Part shown: one piece after another, positions 1-10,825 of the stretch
Layout: each line of letters starts with the position of its first letter
Numbering within the stretch: position 1 is the stretch's first letter
From: an uncultured Bacteroidales bacterium
GTDB taxonomy: Bacteria > Bacteroidota > Bacteroidia > Bacteroidales > UBA932
Assembly: GCA_900313205.1 (NCBI GenBank)
Contig: OMQK01000005.1
Coordinates: forward strand, 1-47,685
Direction of reading: 5' to 3'
Length of the DNA stretch: 47,685 nucleotides
The notes under the pieces: generated by a model
The model's input: only the letters and a program-made list of their open reading frames with translations
Database searches by the model: none
What the model was told of the DNA's origin: nothing
Program-made: the position numbers and the translations under genes

Positions 1-984
1 AGCGGTAAAGGCCACGGATTCGCCGATGTACTTCCACAGGATGCCGGTTTTATCGGCCCCCAGAAGCCTCCGGGTGGCCATTTCCTTAGACCGCTTGCCC
101 GTAAGGGCCAGGCTTAGGTTCACATAGTTGAAGATGGCAGAGAGCAAGAGAAGAAGCACGACGACCGTCAGGAGCCTGAGCATCTGGGCATTACCCTGCC
201 GGGTGAGCCCGTTGCTGTTCCCTGTGGTAAAGAATGCCTCGTCCATTCGGTATGCTTTCCACGCGTTCACCTTTTCCGCGCTCCAGATGGGGTCGTAGTT
301 CTTGTGCAGCAGCGCACTCACTTTGGCCCTCACATCGTCGGGATCCGCATCTTCGCGAACGCGGAACCAGGTCGTGTAGTTGCCGATGCTGCCGAAGTTC
401 CGCTCCTGCTCGGCAGCCCAGGTTCCCGAAATGTGCGTGATGATGTCATAGGGCATAAAGAAGGTGCCGTCAAAATCAGCAAAGACGCCCTTGATGGTGC
501 GGTCCGATTGATCCACATTGATGACTTTCCCAATGAGGTTATCACCATCCACGGATAGTTTCCTTGCCAGGGATTCACTGATGAGGACATCGTCCTTCCC
601 GACAAAATCTTCCGCGCTTCCTTCTACCAGATGGTATTCCGGGAACACCTTGAAGAAGTCGGCATCGGCCTCCATACCGGCGCACTGGAGCAGCTCATTG
701 CCTTCGCGGATGAGCGGCTGCCATAGCATGGCGGCACGGGTTGCCGCCTGGACCTCCGGGATATTCATCTCCAGCTCTTCCTTATCCCAATAGGTCAGGC
801 CCAGGAACTCGTCGGTTCCCAGCACGAAGGTGCGCTTCCACTGCGGCGACTCATGCGCCACTTCATACTGCTGCACCACGTAGCTGCCTATCAAGATCAC
901 AAACGCCAGGCTCACGGCCAACCCCATCGCCTCGATGGCGGTGTAGAGTTTATTGCGGGAGAGGAATTTCAGGTAGGATTTCAT
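1..984 (-). CDS. MacB/FtsX-family ABC transporter permease, 5' part (runs off the window)
   Basis: Hand-translated open frame from ATG 984: MKSYLKFLSRNKLYTAIEAMGLAVSLAFVILIG...LLLLSAIFNYVNLSLALTGKRSKEMATRRLLGA; paralog of 1657-3990. Confidence 0.92.
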   Translation of the reverse strand, partial: MKSYLKFLSRNKLYTAIEAMGLAVSLAFVILIGSYVVQQYEVAHESPQWKRTFVLGTDEFLGLTYWDKEELEMNIPEVQAATRAAMLWQPLIREGNELLQCAGMEADADFFKVFPEYHLVEGSAEDFVGKDDVLISESLARKLSVDGDNLIGKVINVDQSDRTIKGVFADFDGTFFMPYDIITHISGTWAAEQERNFGSIGNYTTWFRVREDADPDDVRAKVSALLHKNYDPIWSAEKVNAWKAYRMDEAFFTTGNSNGLTRQGNAQMLRLLTVVVLLLLLSAIFNYVNLSLALTGKRSKEMATRRLLGADKTGILWKYIGESVAFTA

Positions 985-996
985 TCTACTTTTATT

Positions 997-1004
997 TATA
1001 TTTG
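997..1004 (+). promoter_or_regulatory. Bacteroidetes sigmaA -7 element for the ORF6N gene
   Basis: TATATTTG matches TAnnTTTG, 24 bp before ATG 1029. Confidence 0.55.
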
Positions 1005-1028
1005 TAGCGAACGATAAATTGTTGAGTT

Positions 1029-1610
1029 ATGAGTGAAGATTTGATGATCGTCCAAAATCTGATTTATGAGATTCGTGGGCAGAAAGTGATGCTGGATTCT
1101 GATCTGGCAAGGTTGTACCAAGTTTCCACTGGAGCATTGAACCAAGCGGTGAAAAGGAATTTGGAACGATTCCCTGCTGATTTCATGTTCCAACTAACGG
1201 GCGCGGAAGTCCTGAATATGCGGTCACAAATTGTGATAGCATCGAAAAGAAATACTTCTGCGCCACCTTTTGCGTTTACAGAGCAGGGGGTTGCCATGCT
1301 TGCAAGTGTACTAAAAAGTCCTATAGCCGTTGCAACGAGCATATCCATCATGCGGGCCTTTGTGCAAGTGCGGCAATACTTGCTCACAACGGCCTCCATG
1401 TCGGCCGAACTGAAGGAACTCAGGGCCAAGGTGGACCTTCTGGCCATGCAGCAGGAGGAGAACCTCGGTGCTGTCAATGACCTCTCTGAGGATGTCCGGA
1501 GGGATATCGACAACCTGTATCTGGCCATCGGCGAACTCTCTTCCCGCATGGAGGAGAAGAAGCGCGAGCCTCGGCGAAAGATTGGTTTCCAGCAAAACAT
1601 GGAGGACTGA
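1029..1610 (+). CDS. ORF6N-domain DNA-binding protein
   Basis: IYEIRGQKVMLDSDLARLY, LNQAVKRNLERFPADFMFQLT, AFTEQGVAML and C-terminal RRKIGF are ORF6N hallmarks. Confidence 0.9.
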   Translation: MSEDLMIVQNLIYEIRGQKVMLDSDLARLYQVSTGALNQAVKRNLERFPADFMFQLTGAEVLNMRSQIVIASKRNTSAPPFAFTEQGVAMLASVLKSPIAVATSISIMRAFVQVRQYLLTTASMSAELKELRAKVDLLAMQQEENLGAVNDLSEDVRRDIDNLYLAIGELSSRMEEKKREPRRKIGFQQNMED

Positions 1611-1630
1611 TTTTTCATTCTGAATGCATT

Positions 1631-1658
1631 TGTCATTCTGAGCATTAGCGAAGACTCT
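1631..1658 (+). repeat. GTCA...TCT REP-like element (GTCATTCTGAGC-n-AGCGAAG subtype)
   Basis: TGTCATTCTGAGCATTAGCGAAGACTCT between convergent stops; same GTCA head and TCT tail as the other REPs here. Confidence 0.55.
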
Positions 1659-3990
1659 ATTCTTTTTTCAGCTCTACCGCCGGATTGGTCTTTGCAGCCT
1701 TCAATACCTGCCAAATGACGGAAACAAAGGCGATAAGACCGGTGAGAAGCACGGCAACCACAAAGATCCACCAATAGCCTTCCAGCCTGTAAATGAAATC
1801 TTTGAGGTATTCTTGTGCGGCATAGACTGCAATCGGAATGCCGATAAAGCAGGCAATGCCAACCAGCAGCATATAGTCCCTGATGCTTCTTCGTGCCTCG
1901 GAGTTAACGGTTCCGCCGAAAACCTTGCGCACGGCAATGTCGCGGCTCTTTTCATCGGCATAATAGGTACTCATGGCCACCAGGTCCAGGAGCGAAAGCA
2001 GCAGCGCCAGCGCCATGAAAATCTCCATCAGGCGCATATTATTCCGCGCAGGTCTCAGCGCTTTTTCATAGAACTCTGTCAGGAAGCCGTTTTCGAGCTC
2101 ATAATAGACCAAATTGTCCTTCTTCCAGGTCTCATAGGTTTCCCTGATCTGCTTTCGGGCCTCCTCATGGTCGCCACTGATTTCCATCAAGATGCCGGAG
2201 GTATAGGGGTACGCATCCTGGATGTTTTCAACCAAGACGACCATCTCCTCTTTCGCCCCCATGTTGCTGAGCGACACTGGAAAATCGGCAATGACGCCAC
2301 CCATGTTTTCGCAATGCGTCATTCGTTGGCGCAGCGTCTCGATCTCGTGATATTCCTCGGTAAATCCCGATGCAGCAAAGGCCGATTCCCCGAACCAGAC
2401 GGTATTATTTACCGGCGCTTGATAATCGGCCTGAATCTCAAAGCCCAGCATGTCAAAAGCGTCCTTGTCCATGTGGTACACCCGATAGAGGATGTCCTTG
2501 TCGTCCACCGTTTTGCTGTACTGGCCGTTTCCTTGCTGGCCGGGCACCTGGAACGCAAGCCCCGTGCGCTCAACGAAAGGCAGCGCCTCCAATGAGCTGC
2601 GCAAAGACTCCAGGCCGAAGGACGCGGACTGCAGGAGATACTTGTTGCCGATGTCGGCATGGACAGGCCTCTGGAGCGACTTCCGGTACTGCGCTTCCAT
2701 GACGATGGCAAGGGCGATCAGCAGGACCGACAGCGCATTCTGCAGGACGATAAACACCTTGCTGAAAGTCATTTTGCTCTGTGCCCGGAAGTTTCCGCGG
2801 ACCACGTCGATGGGCTTCCATCGGCTGGAAAACAAGGCCGGCAAAAGGCCTGCCAGGACTCCGATCACTAGCACCAGGTTCATGAAAATGACGATGTATT
2901 TGGGCGTGAACTGGATCCGGATGGCAATGTCCGGATCGTTCAGGAGCCGATTCACCATGGGTGCCCACCAAACGGCCAGAAGAACGGATACGGCAAAGCA
3001 CACCAGCGTAAAGAGCATGGACTCCAGGATGCGTCGGCCGAAAACGGAAATCTGCGAGGCGCCGATAAGCCGCCTTGTCGCCATTTCCCGGGCCCTCTTT
3101 GCGCTCATTGCCATGTTCAGGTTGATGTAGTTGAACACTGCGCTGACAAGAAGGAGCAGCACCGCCGCAAGCAGCAGGTCCAAGGTGCGCTTGTCGCTGT
3201 GGGCGATATTTCCGCTGATGGTGTTTCCGTGTACGCCTCCAAAGAGCAGCTCGTCCAGCCGATACACTCTTACACCTTGCAGAAAGAAGGAGCCATAGAC
3301 GTCGTACAGGTTTTTGCAAACGGCCACCGCTTTCTCTTCCAGGGCGTTTCTGTCGGCGCCGGGGGAAAGTTTGACAAAGGTATATACACTGCCGAACTGG
3401 TCGTTAGGGTCGGAGAAACCTTGGATGGGGCCATCAATGGAAAGGACGATATCGGCATACTCGAAAAGCGTAGACTTCCAATCCTCCATGATGGCCGCAA
3501 CGGCAAAGGAGCTGTCTCCCATTTTCCAAATGTCTCCCACTTTTAGGCCTGACTTGTGCGAAAACTCCTCACTGATTATCATATTGCCGGTATCGGACAG
3601 CGACTCAGGGCCTCCCTCGACAAACTTGAGATTGGGGAAAAGCTCGAAGAAACCCCTGTCGGCCGTGACCACTTTGGCCTGCAAGGTCCCGTCCTTCGGT
3701 GTTATCAACATCTCCACCGGCGACAGCCTGCCGGCCATCTCCACTTCCGGCGCCGCCGATTGGATGGCATCCATGAAAGTGTAGGTGAGTCCCAACTGGT
3801 CCGGATGGCCATCCTCCACCATCGCAAAGGTGTAGATATCCCTCCAGTCCGGGTTCTCATATTTGACCTCGTACTGCTGCACCACATAGCTGCCAATCAG
3901 GATCACAAACGCCAGGCTCACGGCCAGCCCCACCGCCTCGATGGCGGTGTAGAGTTTATTGCGGGATAAATACTTCAGATAGCTCTTCAT
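1657..3990 (-). CDS. MacB/FtsX-family ABC transporter permease
   Basis: 777 aa, two periplasmic + FtsX modules, NYINL...RAREMATRRLIGA, IAVRKVFGG, C-terminal NPAVELKKE. Confidence 0.93.
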   Translation of the reverse strand: MKSYLKYLSRNKLYTAIEAVGLAVSLAFVILIGSYVVQQYEVKYENPDWRDIYTFAMVEDGHPDQLGLTYTFMDAIQSAAPEVEMAGRLSPVEMLITPKDGTLQAKVVTADRGFFELFPNLKFVEGGPESLSDTGNMIISEEFSHKSGLKVGDIWKMGDSSFAVAAIMEDWKSTLFEYADIVLSIDGPIQGFSDPNDQFGSVYTFVKLSPGADRNALEEKAVAVCKNLYDVYGSFFLQGVRVYRLDELLFGGVHGNTISGNIAHSDKRTLDLLLAAVLLLLVSAVFNYINLNMAMSAKRAREMATRRLIGASQISVFGRRILESMLFTLVCFAVSVLLAVWWAPMVNRLLNDPDIAIRIQFTPKYIVIFMNLVLVIGVLAGLLPALFSSRWKPIDVVRGNFRAQSKMTFSKVFIVLQNALSVLLIALAIVMEAQYRKSLQRPVHADIGNKYLLQSASFGLESLRSSLEALPFVERTGLAFQVPGQQGNGQYSKTVDDKDILYRVYHMDKDAFDMLGFEIQADYQAPVNNTVWFGESAFAASGFTEEYHEIETLRQRMTHCENMGGVIADFPVSLSNMGAKEEMVVLVENIQDAYPYTSGILMEISGDHEEARKQIRETYETWKKDNLVYYELENGFLTEFYEKALRPARNNMRLMEIFMALALLLSLLDLVAMSTYYADEKSRDIAVRKVFGGTVNSEARRSIRDYMLLVGIACFIGIPIAVYAAQEYLKDFIYRLEGYWWIFVVAVLLTGLIAFVSVIWQVLKAAKTNPAVELKKE

Positions 3991-3991
3991 A

Positions 3992-6372
3992 CTACTCGTT
4001 CTTTAACGATTCCACCGGATTGGCCCGGGCAATGCGGAGGCAGTTGAGGACCACTACGCCCAGCACAATCAGCAGCACCAGGGCGGTTCCTCCAATGAAG
4101 TAGAGCGGATTCAGCGATACCTTTTCGGCAAACTGCTCCAGCCATTTGTGGGCTACGAAGTAGGCGGCCACGCAGGCAATCACGGCCATCACGGCGGACA
4201 GCTTCATGATGTCTTTGGCGAAGACACTCAGGATGTCCCGGGTGGTGGCGCCGTTGATCTTTCGCACGGCCATTTCTTTTGACCTCCGGAGGCTCTCATC
4301 CTTGATGAAGCCAATCAATCCCAAGAGGGCAATCAGCAGGGAGAACACGGCTCCCAATGCCATGGTATTGCGCATCTTCTTGCTGTCGGCATAGGCGGCA
4401 CGCATTTCTTCTGCATAAGAAACGATGTTAATTTCCTTATCAGGAAGCGCTTCGTTCAAAGCGCCGCGCACTTTCTCCAGCGCATCTGGACGCACCTTGA
4501 ATAGGGTATGCGGCATCCAGGAAGTCATCGAACCGATTTCGCCGTAGAAAAGGGCACTCGGCCGGTTGTCCACTCCCGTCAGATTTCCGATGAGATAGGG
4601 CTTGTAGATACCTGAAATGGTGAAGTATCTTCTTCCGGTATCGCCTGATCGGTCGTGACCGGTGATGAAGACCAGCTTACCCACGGCCCCGTCGGACCAG
4701 TCCGTGAACTCCGCCATTTTGGTAACAAACTTCTCGTCAACCACAATTTCAGAGGAATCCCTCGGGGCACGGCCTTCAACGAACTGGATGCCCATCAGGT
4801 CATAGAAATCACCGGAGCACTCATACTGGTCTGCAATATTGAAGAGCGACCGGTCATCATCGGGCAAGTACACATTGTCACCATTGGAGCCCTGGAAAGG
4901 AAGGTTGTAACTAGCAGCGACACCGGTCACTTCGGGAAGACCGCGAAGAGTTTCGGCCGCGCGTACCAATGCCTGGCGGTCGCCGTCAAACATATCGAAA
5001 TAGTACAGGTTCTTGTAGTCATAGCCCGTATCGGCGTTGGACACCTTCTGGTACTGCCGGCCAATGATGAGCATCATGACCACCAGAAACACATTGATAA
5101 GCACCTGGACGCCAAGCAGACCGAGTTTCCAGTTGCGGGAATTTTCGGTATAGTTCTTCAGGGCGGCATACACCGGAATCCGCTGATACAACTCCGCCGG
5201 GACCACGATGGAAATGACAAGCACGAAGACCAGTACGGCCGCGATGGCCATGATACTCTGGGGCACCAGCAATGTTTGGAATGGCACACCCAGCAGATTC
5301 TCCACAATGCCCCGTCCGGCGAAGATGATAACGGCAGCGATGGCCAGCGAAAGAACAATGTGCAGCAGAGCCTCCTTCGACAGCATTCCGTAAATGTGCC
5401 TGCCCTCAGCGCCGTAGCACTTCCGCACACCCACTTCCTTGGAACGCTTCACCATCGAAGAGATGACAATCAGGATGTAGTTCAAGAGGGAAATCAGGAT
5501 CAGCAGCGCCGCCACGATGGAAAGCAGAATCACCTGCGACTTTACCTCCGGATCAGAGGTGTGCAGTGTGCTGAAGGGCTTCAGGAAATACCTCAAACTG
5601 GTTCCCTGGGCCTCTATCTGCGCCAGTGGCTGGTGCGCCTCCTGCATCTTCCGGATGGCATCGGTGAGCGAATTTGGGTCCACCCCTGAAAACAGTTTCA
5701 CATAACCCTTGTAGCGGTCGTTGCCCAGCCAGTTATCCGTGCTCTGCTTGCCATAGGTGTCCATGGACAGCAGGATATCGTAGTCCAGGGAACCGTTCTT
5801 GGGGAAGTCTTCAAAAACGCCCTCGATGGTCAGCTTCAGACCATCCATATCAGCATTGACAATCTGCTTGCCGATGACGGAGGAAAGACCCCCGATCAGG
5901 TCGGGGGTGACGTTGCCGTCATGGCCGACTTGATCGGCCATCTTCTCCGCAAAGCTCCGGCTCACCATCACGCTGCCCCACTTGCTCAATACCTTTAAAG
6001 GATCACCGGCAAGTATCGGCCGGTCGAACACCTTGAAGAAACAGGTGTCGGCGCAGACTAGGGTTCCTTTTAGCTTATTGCCGTCAGCATCCAGGTAGGT
6101 ATCGCCGTTGAACACATAGGTCGTGCGTGTACCTGCCTCGACACCGGGAACCTCCTCCATGAAGCCCACTGATACGGCGCCGCTCACCTGGCCATAATCG
6201 TGTTCATCCCCCTGGTGGGAGTACCAGGTATTGATGGTGTATACCCGGTCAATATCCTTGTAAAAGCTGTCGTAACTCAGCTCAAAGAACACCTTGGCAA
6301 TGAGCACGATGCCCACGGCCAGCCCGATGCCCAGGGAGAGGACTTTGATTAGAATATCTGAGTTCTTTTTCA

Positions 6373-6373
<1 letters not shown>
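3992..6373 (-). CDS. MacB/FtsX-family ABC transporter permease (contains in-frame REP doublet)
   Basis: 793 aa, RSKEVGVRKCYGA, RSKEMAVRKINGA, C-terminal ANPVESLKNE. Confidence 0.93.
5886..5943. repeat. REP doublet inside permease CDS
   Basis: AGACCCCCGATCAGGTCGGGGGTGAC-GTTGCC-GTCATGGCCGACTTGATCGGCCATCT, encodes MADQVGHDGNVTPDLIGGL. Confidence 0.9.
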
Positions 6374-7116
<743 letters not shown>

Positions 7117-7146
7117 AATTATTTGATTTTTACTTTGTTATTATCA

Positions 7147-8408
7147 TTAGAAAACTAATACATCACTATCACCATACGTATCATACCCGGAGGTAATCAC
7201 CCTTTCGCCGGGCTCCAGGCCTTCCAGCACTTCATAGTACTGCGGGTTTTGGCGGCCGATACGGATTTCTCTTTTGACGGCTTTGTTGCCGTCTTTGTTA
7301 ACAACGTAGATCCATTTTCCGCCGGTCTTCTGGTCTGGTAGAAGGTGCCTCTGGGGATGATGACGGCCTCCTCCGGCTGGCCCAGCTGGAGATTGAGGTA
7401 GTAGGTTTGGCCGCTGCGGATGTTGTCCGGCTGCTCGCCGTCAAACTTGAAATCGGCCTTGAACTTGCCGTCACGGACTTCCGGATAAACTTTCCGGATG
7501 ACAGTGGAATAGGTTTCGCCTTGACGCTCAAAAGTGGCCTCCAGGCCCGCGATGACTCGGTCGATATAGTGCTCATCTATCTGAGCCTCAACTTTGTAGG
7601 TACCTACGGAGTTGATCTGGCCGATCTTGGTGCCGGCGGCGATGCTCTGGCCCAGGACTACGTCCAGCAGGCCCAGTTCGCCGTCGATGGGGGCCTTCAC
7701 AATGAGGTTGCTCTTGCGCCGGCGGATCATCTGCATATTCAGTTGCATATTCTCCAGGCTCTCCTCCATACGGTCAATCTGGGTGCCGCGGTATAGGCTG
7801 TCCTGACGGGAACGCTCGGTCATCAGATTGTACTTCTGCAGGGCCAGCTGGTAGTCCTCTTCGGCTTTGAGGTATTCTTCTTTGGCAATAAGTTTGTCCT
7901 CATAGAGCGCCTTCTGCTGCTCGTAGGCTCTCCGGAGGCGCTCCACATTGGTCCCATATTCCAGTACATTCTGGCGCACATCCAGTTTCTGCTGCTCCAT
8001 CTGGATCTGGGTGTTTCTCAGGATGTTCTCCTTCTCGGCCAGTTCGGCCTCGGAGTTCAGGATTTGCAGATCCAAGTTGTCGTTATTAAGGATGAGAATG
8101 GCATCGCCGGCCTTTACCGGGGAACCTTCCTCGATGAGGATTTTCTCCACAATACCGCCTTCCTGGGGGCTCAGTTGGATGGTGGTCATCGGCTGCACGC
8201 GGCCGCTGATGCGGATGTAGTCGTTGAATTCTCCTTTCACGGCACTGGAGATGGTTACGGAATCCTTATCCACACGCAGGGTCTTGTTGTTCGGCCTTGC
8301 AATAAGGTAAATCACAAACACCAGCAGCAGCGCTCCCAGCCACCAGGGCAGGGCCTTTTTGGTGAACGCTACGCGCCAACCGGTTTTCTTCTCAATGATC
8401 TTATCCAT
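7147..8408 (-). pseudogene. HlyD/MacA-type periplasmic adaptor (MFP), frameshifted near the C-terminus
   Basis: Biotinyl-lipoyl/coiled-coil MFP; a CTGGT duplication at 7330-7339 shifts frame; removing it restores ...FYQKTGGKWIYVV...GRQNPQYYEVLEGLEPGERVITSGYDTYGDSDVLVF* (419 codons, stop 7147). Confidence 0.85.
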
Positions 8409-8414
8409 AGTTTC

Positions 8415-9794
8415 TTACTGATTTACGTATTCAACACCATTGTAATATCTGACCACCGCCTGCTTGATGAGGTACTTGAACAGGGAGTTCATCTCATCGG
8501 CCTGCGCCTTGAGGTAGTTGTTATTGGCCGTTTGGAACTCCAGCGGGGAGATGAGGCCCTGCTCCAGTTTCTTGAGGTTCAGGGTGTAGGCCTCGGCCTG
8601 CACTTCTGCCTTTCGCTGCGCCTGCTCATAGGCGATAGCCGATCCGTCACGGTCCTGGACTGCCCTTCTAACCTCTGATTCCACATCCCGGCGCTTCTGG
8701 TCCAGTTCGGCCGTGGCCTTTTGAAGCGCATTCCGCTTCTTGGAAATGGCGGAAGCCTTGGCCAGGCGGTTCCAGATAGGAATCTGGAGAGAGAGCTGTA
8801 CATATTCGCCGCCATTGTTTCTGAACTGATTCCAGAACGGGCTTGTAGCCGCTCCCTGATAGGTATAATAACTGGTATTCCAGCCTGCATAAAGGCCGAT
8901 TGAAGGAAGCACCTGCCATTTGGCTGTGCTCAGTTCACGCTTGGCATTAAGTTGCTTCCAGGATGCAATCTGGACTCCAGGGTTGTGCTCCAGGGCAAAG
9001 TCAATAACAGATTCAGTGGCCACCGGCTCAATCTGCCACACCGGCATAGAAGTGTCAATGACCAGTTCCTCATCCATCGGCCAGAACATAAGGTCCGAGA
9101 GGGTCATTTTCTGGTCCAGATACTTATTATAGGTGTTTGTGAGGTCGTACTGGCGGTCGGCAAGATCGGCCTCCATCTGGATGACGTCGGCGTGCCCTTT
9201 CTGGCCCAGTTCTTCCTGCCGCTTGGCTTTGGCCAGCGCCTGCTCCGCCGTAGCCACCTGCTCCTCGTATACATCGCATAAACGCTTGTAATAGACCACG
9301 TTGTAGTAGGCCTCCATCACCGCCAGGCAGATATCGTCCTCCACCTGCTTCTCCTGGGAATCGGCAATGAGCATTCCGGTCTTGGAAATCTTGTAGTTGT
9401 TCACCGCCTTGAAGCCATCGAAAAGGTCGTAGCCGGCACTCACGCCGTAGTTATTGTGGAACGACGTGGTATTGAAATAGGTATTGGTCTGCGGGTCGAT
9501 GCTACGGCCGAAATTGTAGTACGCATAGGTCTGCGCCGTAATCTGCGGGGTGAAAAGCGTGAGCGCCGCATCCCGCCGGGCAATCTGGGCGTCGCCGATA
9601 GCCGCCTCCTGGATCCGCACCTTGGTGGAATTGGAGATGGCGTACTCCATACAGTCTTTCAGCGTCATTACGTCGTCATGCCCGACTACCTCCCCGTCAT
9701 GCCCGACCTGATCGGGCATCTCCTGCGCCTGGAGATTCCCGGCCAAGCCGGGAATGACCAGAGCAGCAGCACACATAATGAAAAGGTTTTTCAT
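8415..9794 (-). CDS. TolC-family outer membrane efflux protein
   Basis: Likely start MKNLFIM (9794); TLKDCMEYAISNS, GRSIDPQTN, LQIPIWNRL, two OEP repeats. Confidence 0.9.
   Translation of the reverse strand: MKNLFIMCAAALVIPGLAGNLQAQEMPDQVGHDGEVVGHDDVMTLKDCMEYAISNSTKVRIQEAAIGDAQIARRDAALTLFTPQITAQTYAYYNFGRSIDPQTNTYFNTTSFHNNYGVSAGYDLFDGFKAVNNYKISKTGMLIADSQEKQVEDDICLAVMEAYYNVVYYKRLCDVYEEQVATAEQALAKAKRQEELGQKGHADVIQMEADLADRQYDLTNTYNKYLDQKMTLSDLMFWPMDEELVIDTSMPVWQIEPVATESVIDFALEHNPGVQIASWKQLNAKRELSTAKWQVLPSIGLYAGWNTSYYTYQGAATSPFWNQFRNNGGEYVQLSLQIPIWNRLAKASAISKKRNALQKATAELDQKRRDVESEVRRAVQDRDGSAIAYEQAQRKAEVQAEAYTLNLKKLEQGLISPLEFQTANNNYLKAQADEMNSLFKYLIKQAVVRYYNGVEYVNQ
9674..9758. repeat. REP cluster (half + two full units) inside the TolC N-terminus
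   Basis: CGTCATGCCCGAC (9674), CGTCATGCCCGACCTGATCGGGCATCT (9695-9721), AGATTCCCGGCCAAGCCGGGAATGAC (9733-9758). Confidence 0.9.
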
Positions 9795-9827
9795 ATCAAT
9801 ACTTATGTTTAACCGTACCAAACATAA

Positions 9828-9842
9828 GCACCCGCCGTGCCA
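9828..9842 (-). promoter_or_regulatory. sigma54 -24/-12 promoter of the efflux operon
   Basis: TGGCACGGCGGGTGC vs consensus TGGCACG-N4-TTGC; adjacent to an NtrC-type regulator. Confidence 0.8.
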
Positions 9843-9849
9843 AATGCGT

Positions 9850-9940
9850 TAACTAATTGATTTACAGCGGAAAACAAAAGCAGCAAGGAGTGTAAAGCCT
9901 GTAAAACTTTACACTCCCTTTACACTTTTCTTTACAGTGG
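9850..9940. promoter_or_regulatory. IHF-like box plus TGTAAA/TTTACA enhancer (UAS) cluster
   Basis: AATCAATTAGTTA on - strand fits WATCAR-N4-TTR; TGTAAA at 9891 and 9900, TTTACA at 9908, 9919, 9931; 11-bp inverted repeat 9887-9917. Confidence 0.65.
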
Positions 9941-9943
9941 GAA

Positions 9944-10825
9944 CTATCTGAACCTGAGTTGGAAGACGGTGCCGGAGGCATCGCTGCGGAGTAGTTCAAT
10001 GCTGCCGTTGTGGTTCCGCATAATCTGGCGGGCCAGGGAAAGGCCGATTCCGGAGCCTTCCTTCTTGGTGGTGTAGAACGGAATGAAAATCTGCTCCTGG
10101 GCTGCCGGAGGAATGGGTTCGCCGTCGTTAGCCACCTCCACAATCACGTCGTCTTCGCGGCCCATCTTTGCGGTTATGTCAATGTGCTTTGCGCCCGCCT
10201 GAAGGGCGTTCTTGATGAGGTTAATGAGAATCTGGGAGATTTGGCCTTCATCGGCATAAATCATAAGGTCATCCTCCTCCGGCCGATAGACGCAGGAAGC
10301 GCCGCAACTGGCGGCGAATTCGCTGTTGAGGCCGATTACATTATCTATCAGTTCCCGCAAATCAAGGGCTTTGCGGACAGGTTTGGCCACGCCGGGGAGT
10401 TGCCGGTACGTTTCCACAAACTTGATGAGATTCTTTGATGAATCGCTGATGGTTTCCAGTCCCGTCTTCACATCCAGTTCGCTGTGTCCGTTCTGGTCCA
10501 TCGACTTGGAGAGGGCGTCGGACAGCGATGCGATTGGCGACACCGTATTCATTATCTCGTGGGTGAGCACCCGGATGAGTTTGGTCCAGGAATCCTGCTC
10601 GTGGGCCTGGCGCTGCTTCTCGAAGATGGTCCGGATGCGGTTAAGCGTGCGGTTGAACTGATTCTTGTCCTGGAATCGGAAATTCAGTTCACCGTCCTCA
10701 AGGGCGTCCATCATATAGGCCACCTTCTTTATGTCCTTACGTCTGGTGCGGATTGTGGCAATCACCGCCGCAATGATTGCGGCAATGACGGCTGCTCCAA
10801 GGATATGCCAGATGGTAAAAGTCAC
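9944..10825 (-). CDS. Sensor histidine kinase (NtrY-like, short)
   Basis: N-terminal TM, H-box HEIMN, N-box INLIKNA, F-box IFIPFYTTK, G2 GSGIGL. Confidence 0.93.
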   Translation of the reverse strand: MTFTIWHILGAAVIAAIIAAVIATIRTRRKDIKKVAYMMDALEDGELNFRFQDKNQFNRTLNRIRTIFEKQRQAHEQDSWTKLIRVLTHEIMNTVSPIASLSDALSKSMDQNGHSELDVKTGLETISDSSKNLIKFVETYRQLPGVAKPVRKALDLRELIDNVIGLNSEFAASCGASCVYRPEEDDLMIYADEGQISQILINLIKNALQAGAKHIDITAKMGREDDVIVEVANDGEPIPPAAQEQIFIPFYTTKKEGSGIGLSLARQIMRNHNGSIELLRSDASGTVFQLRFR

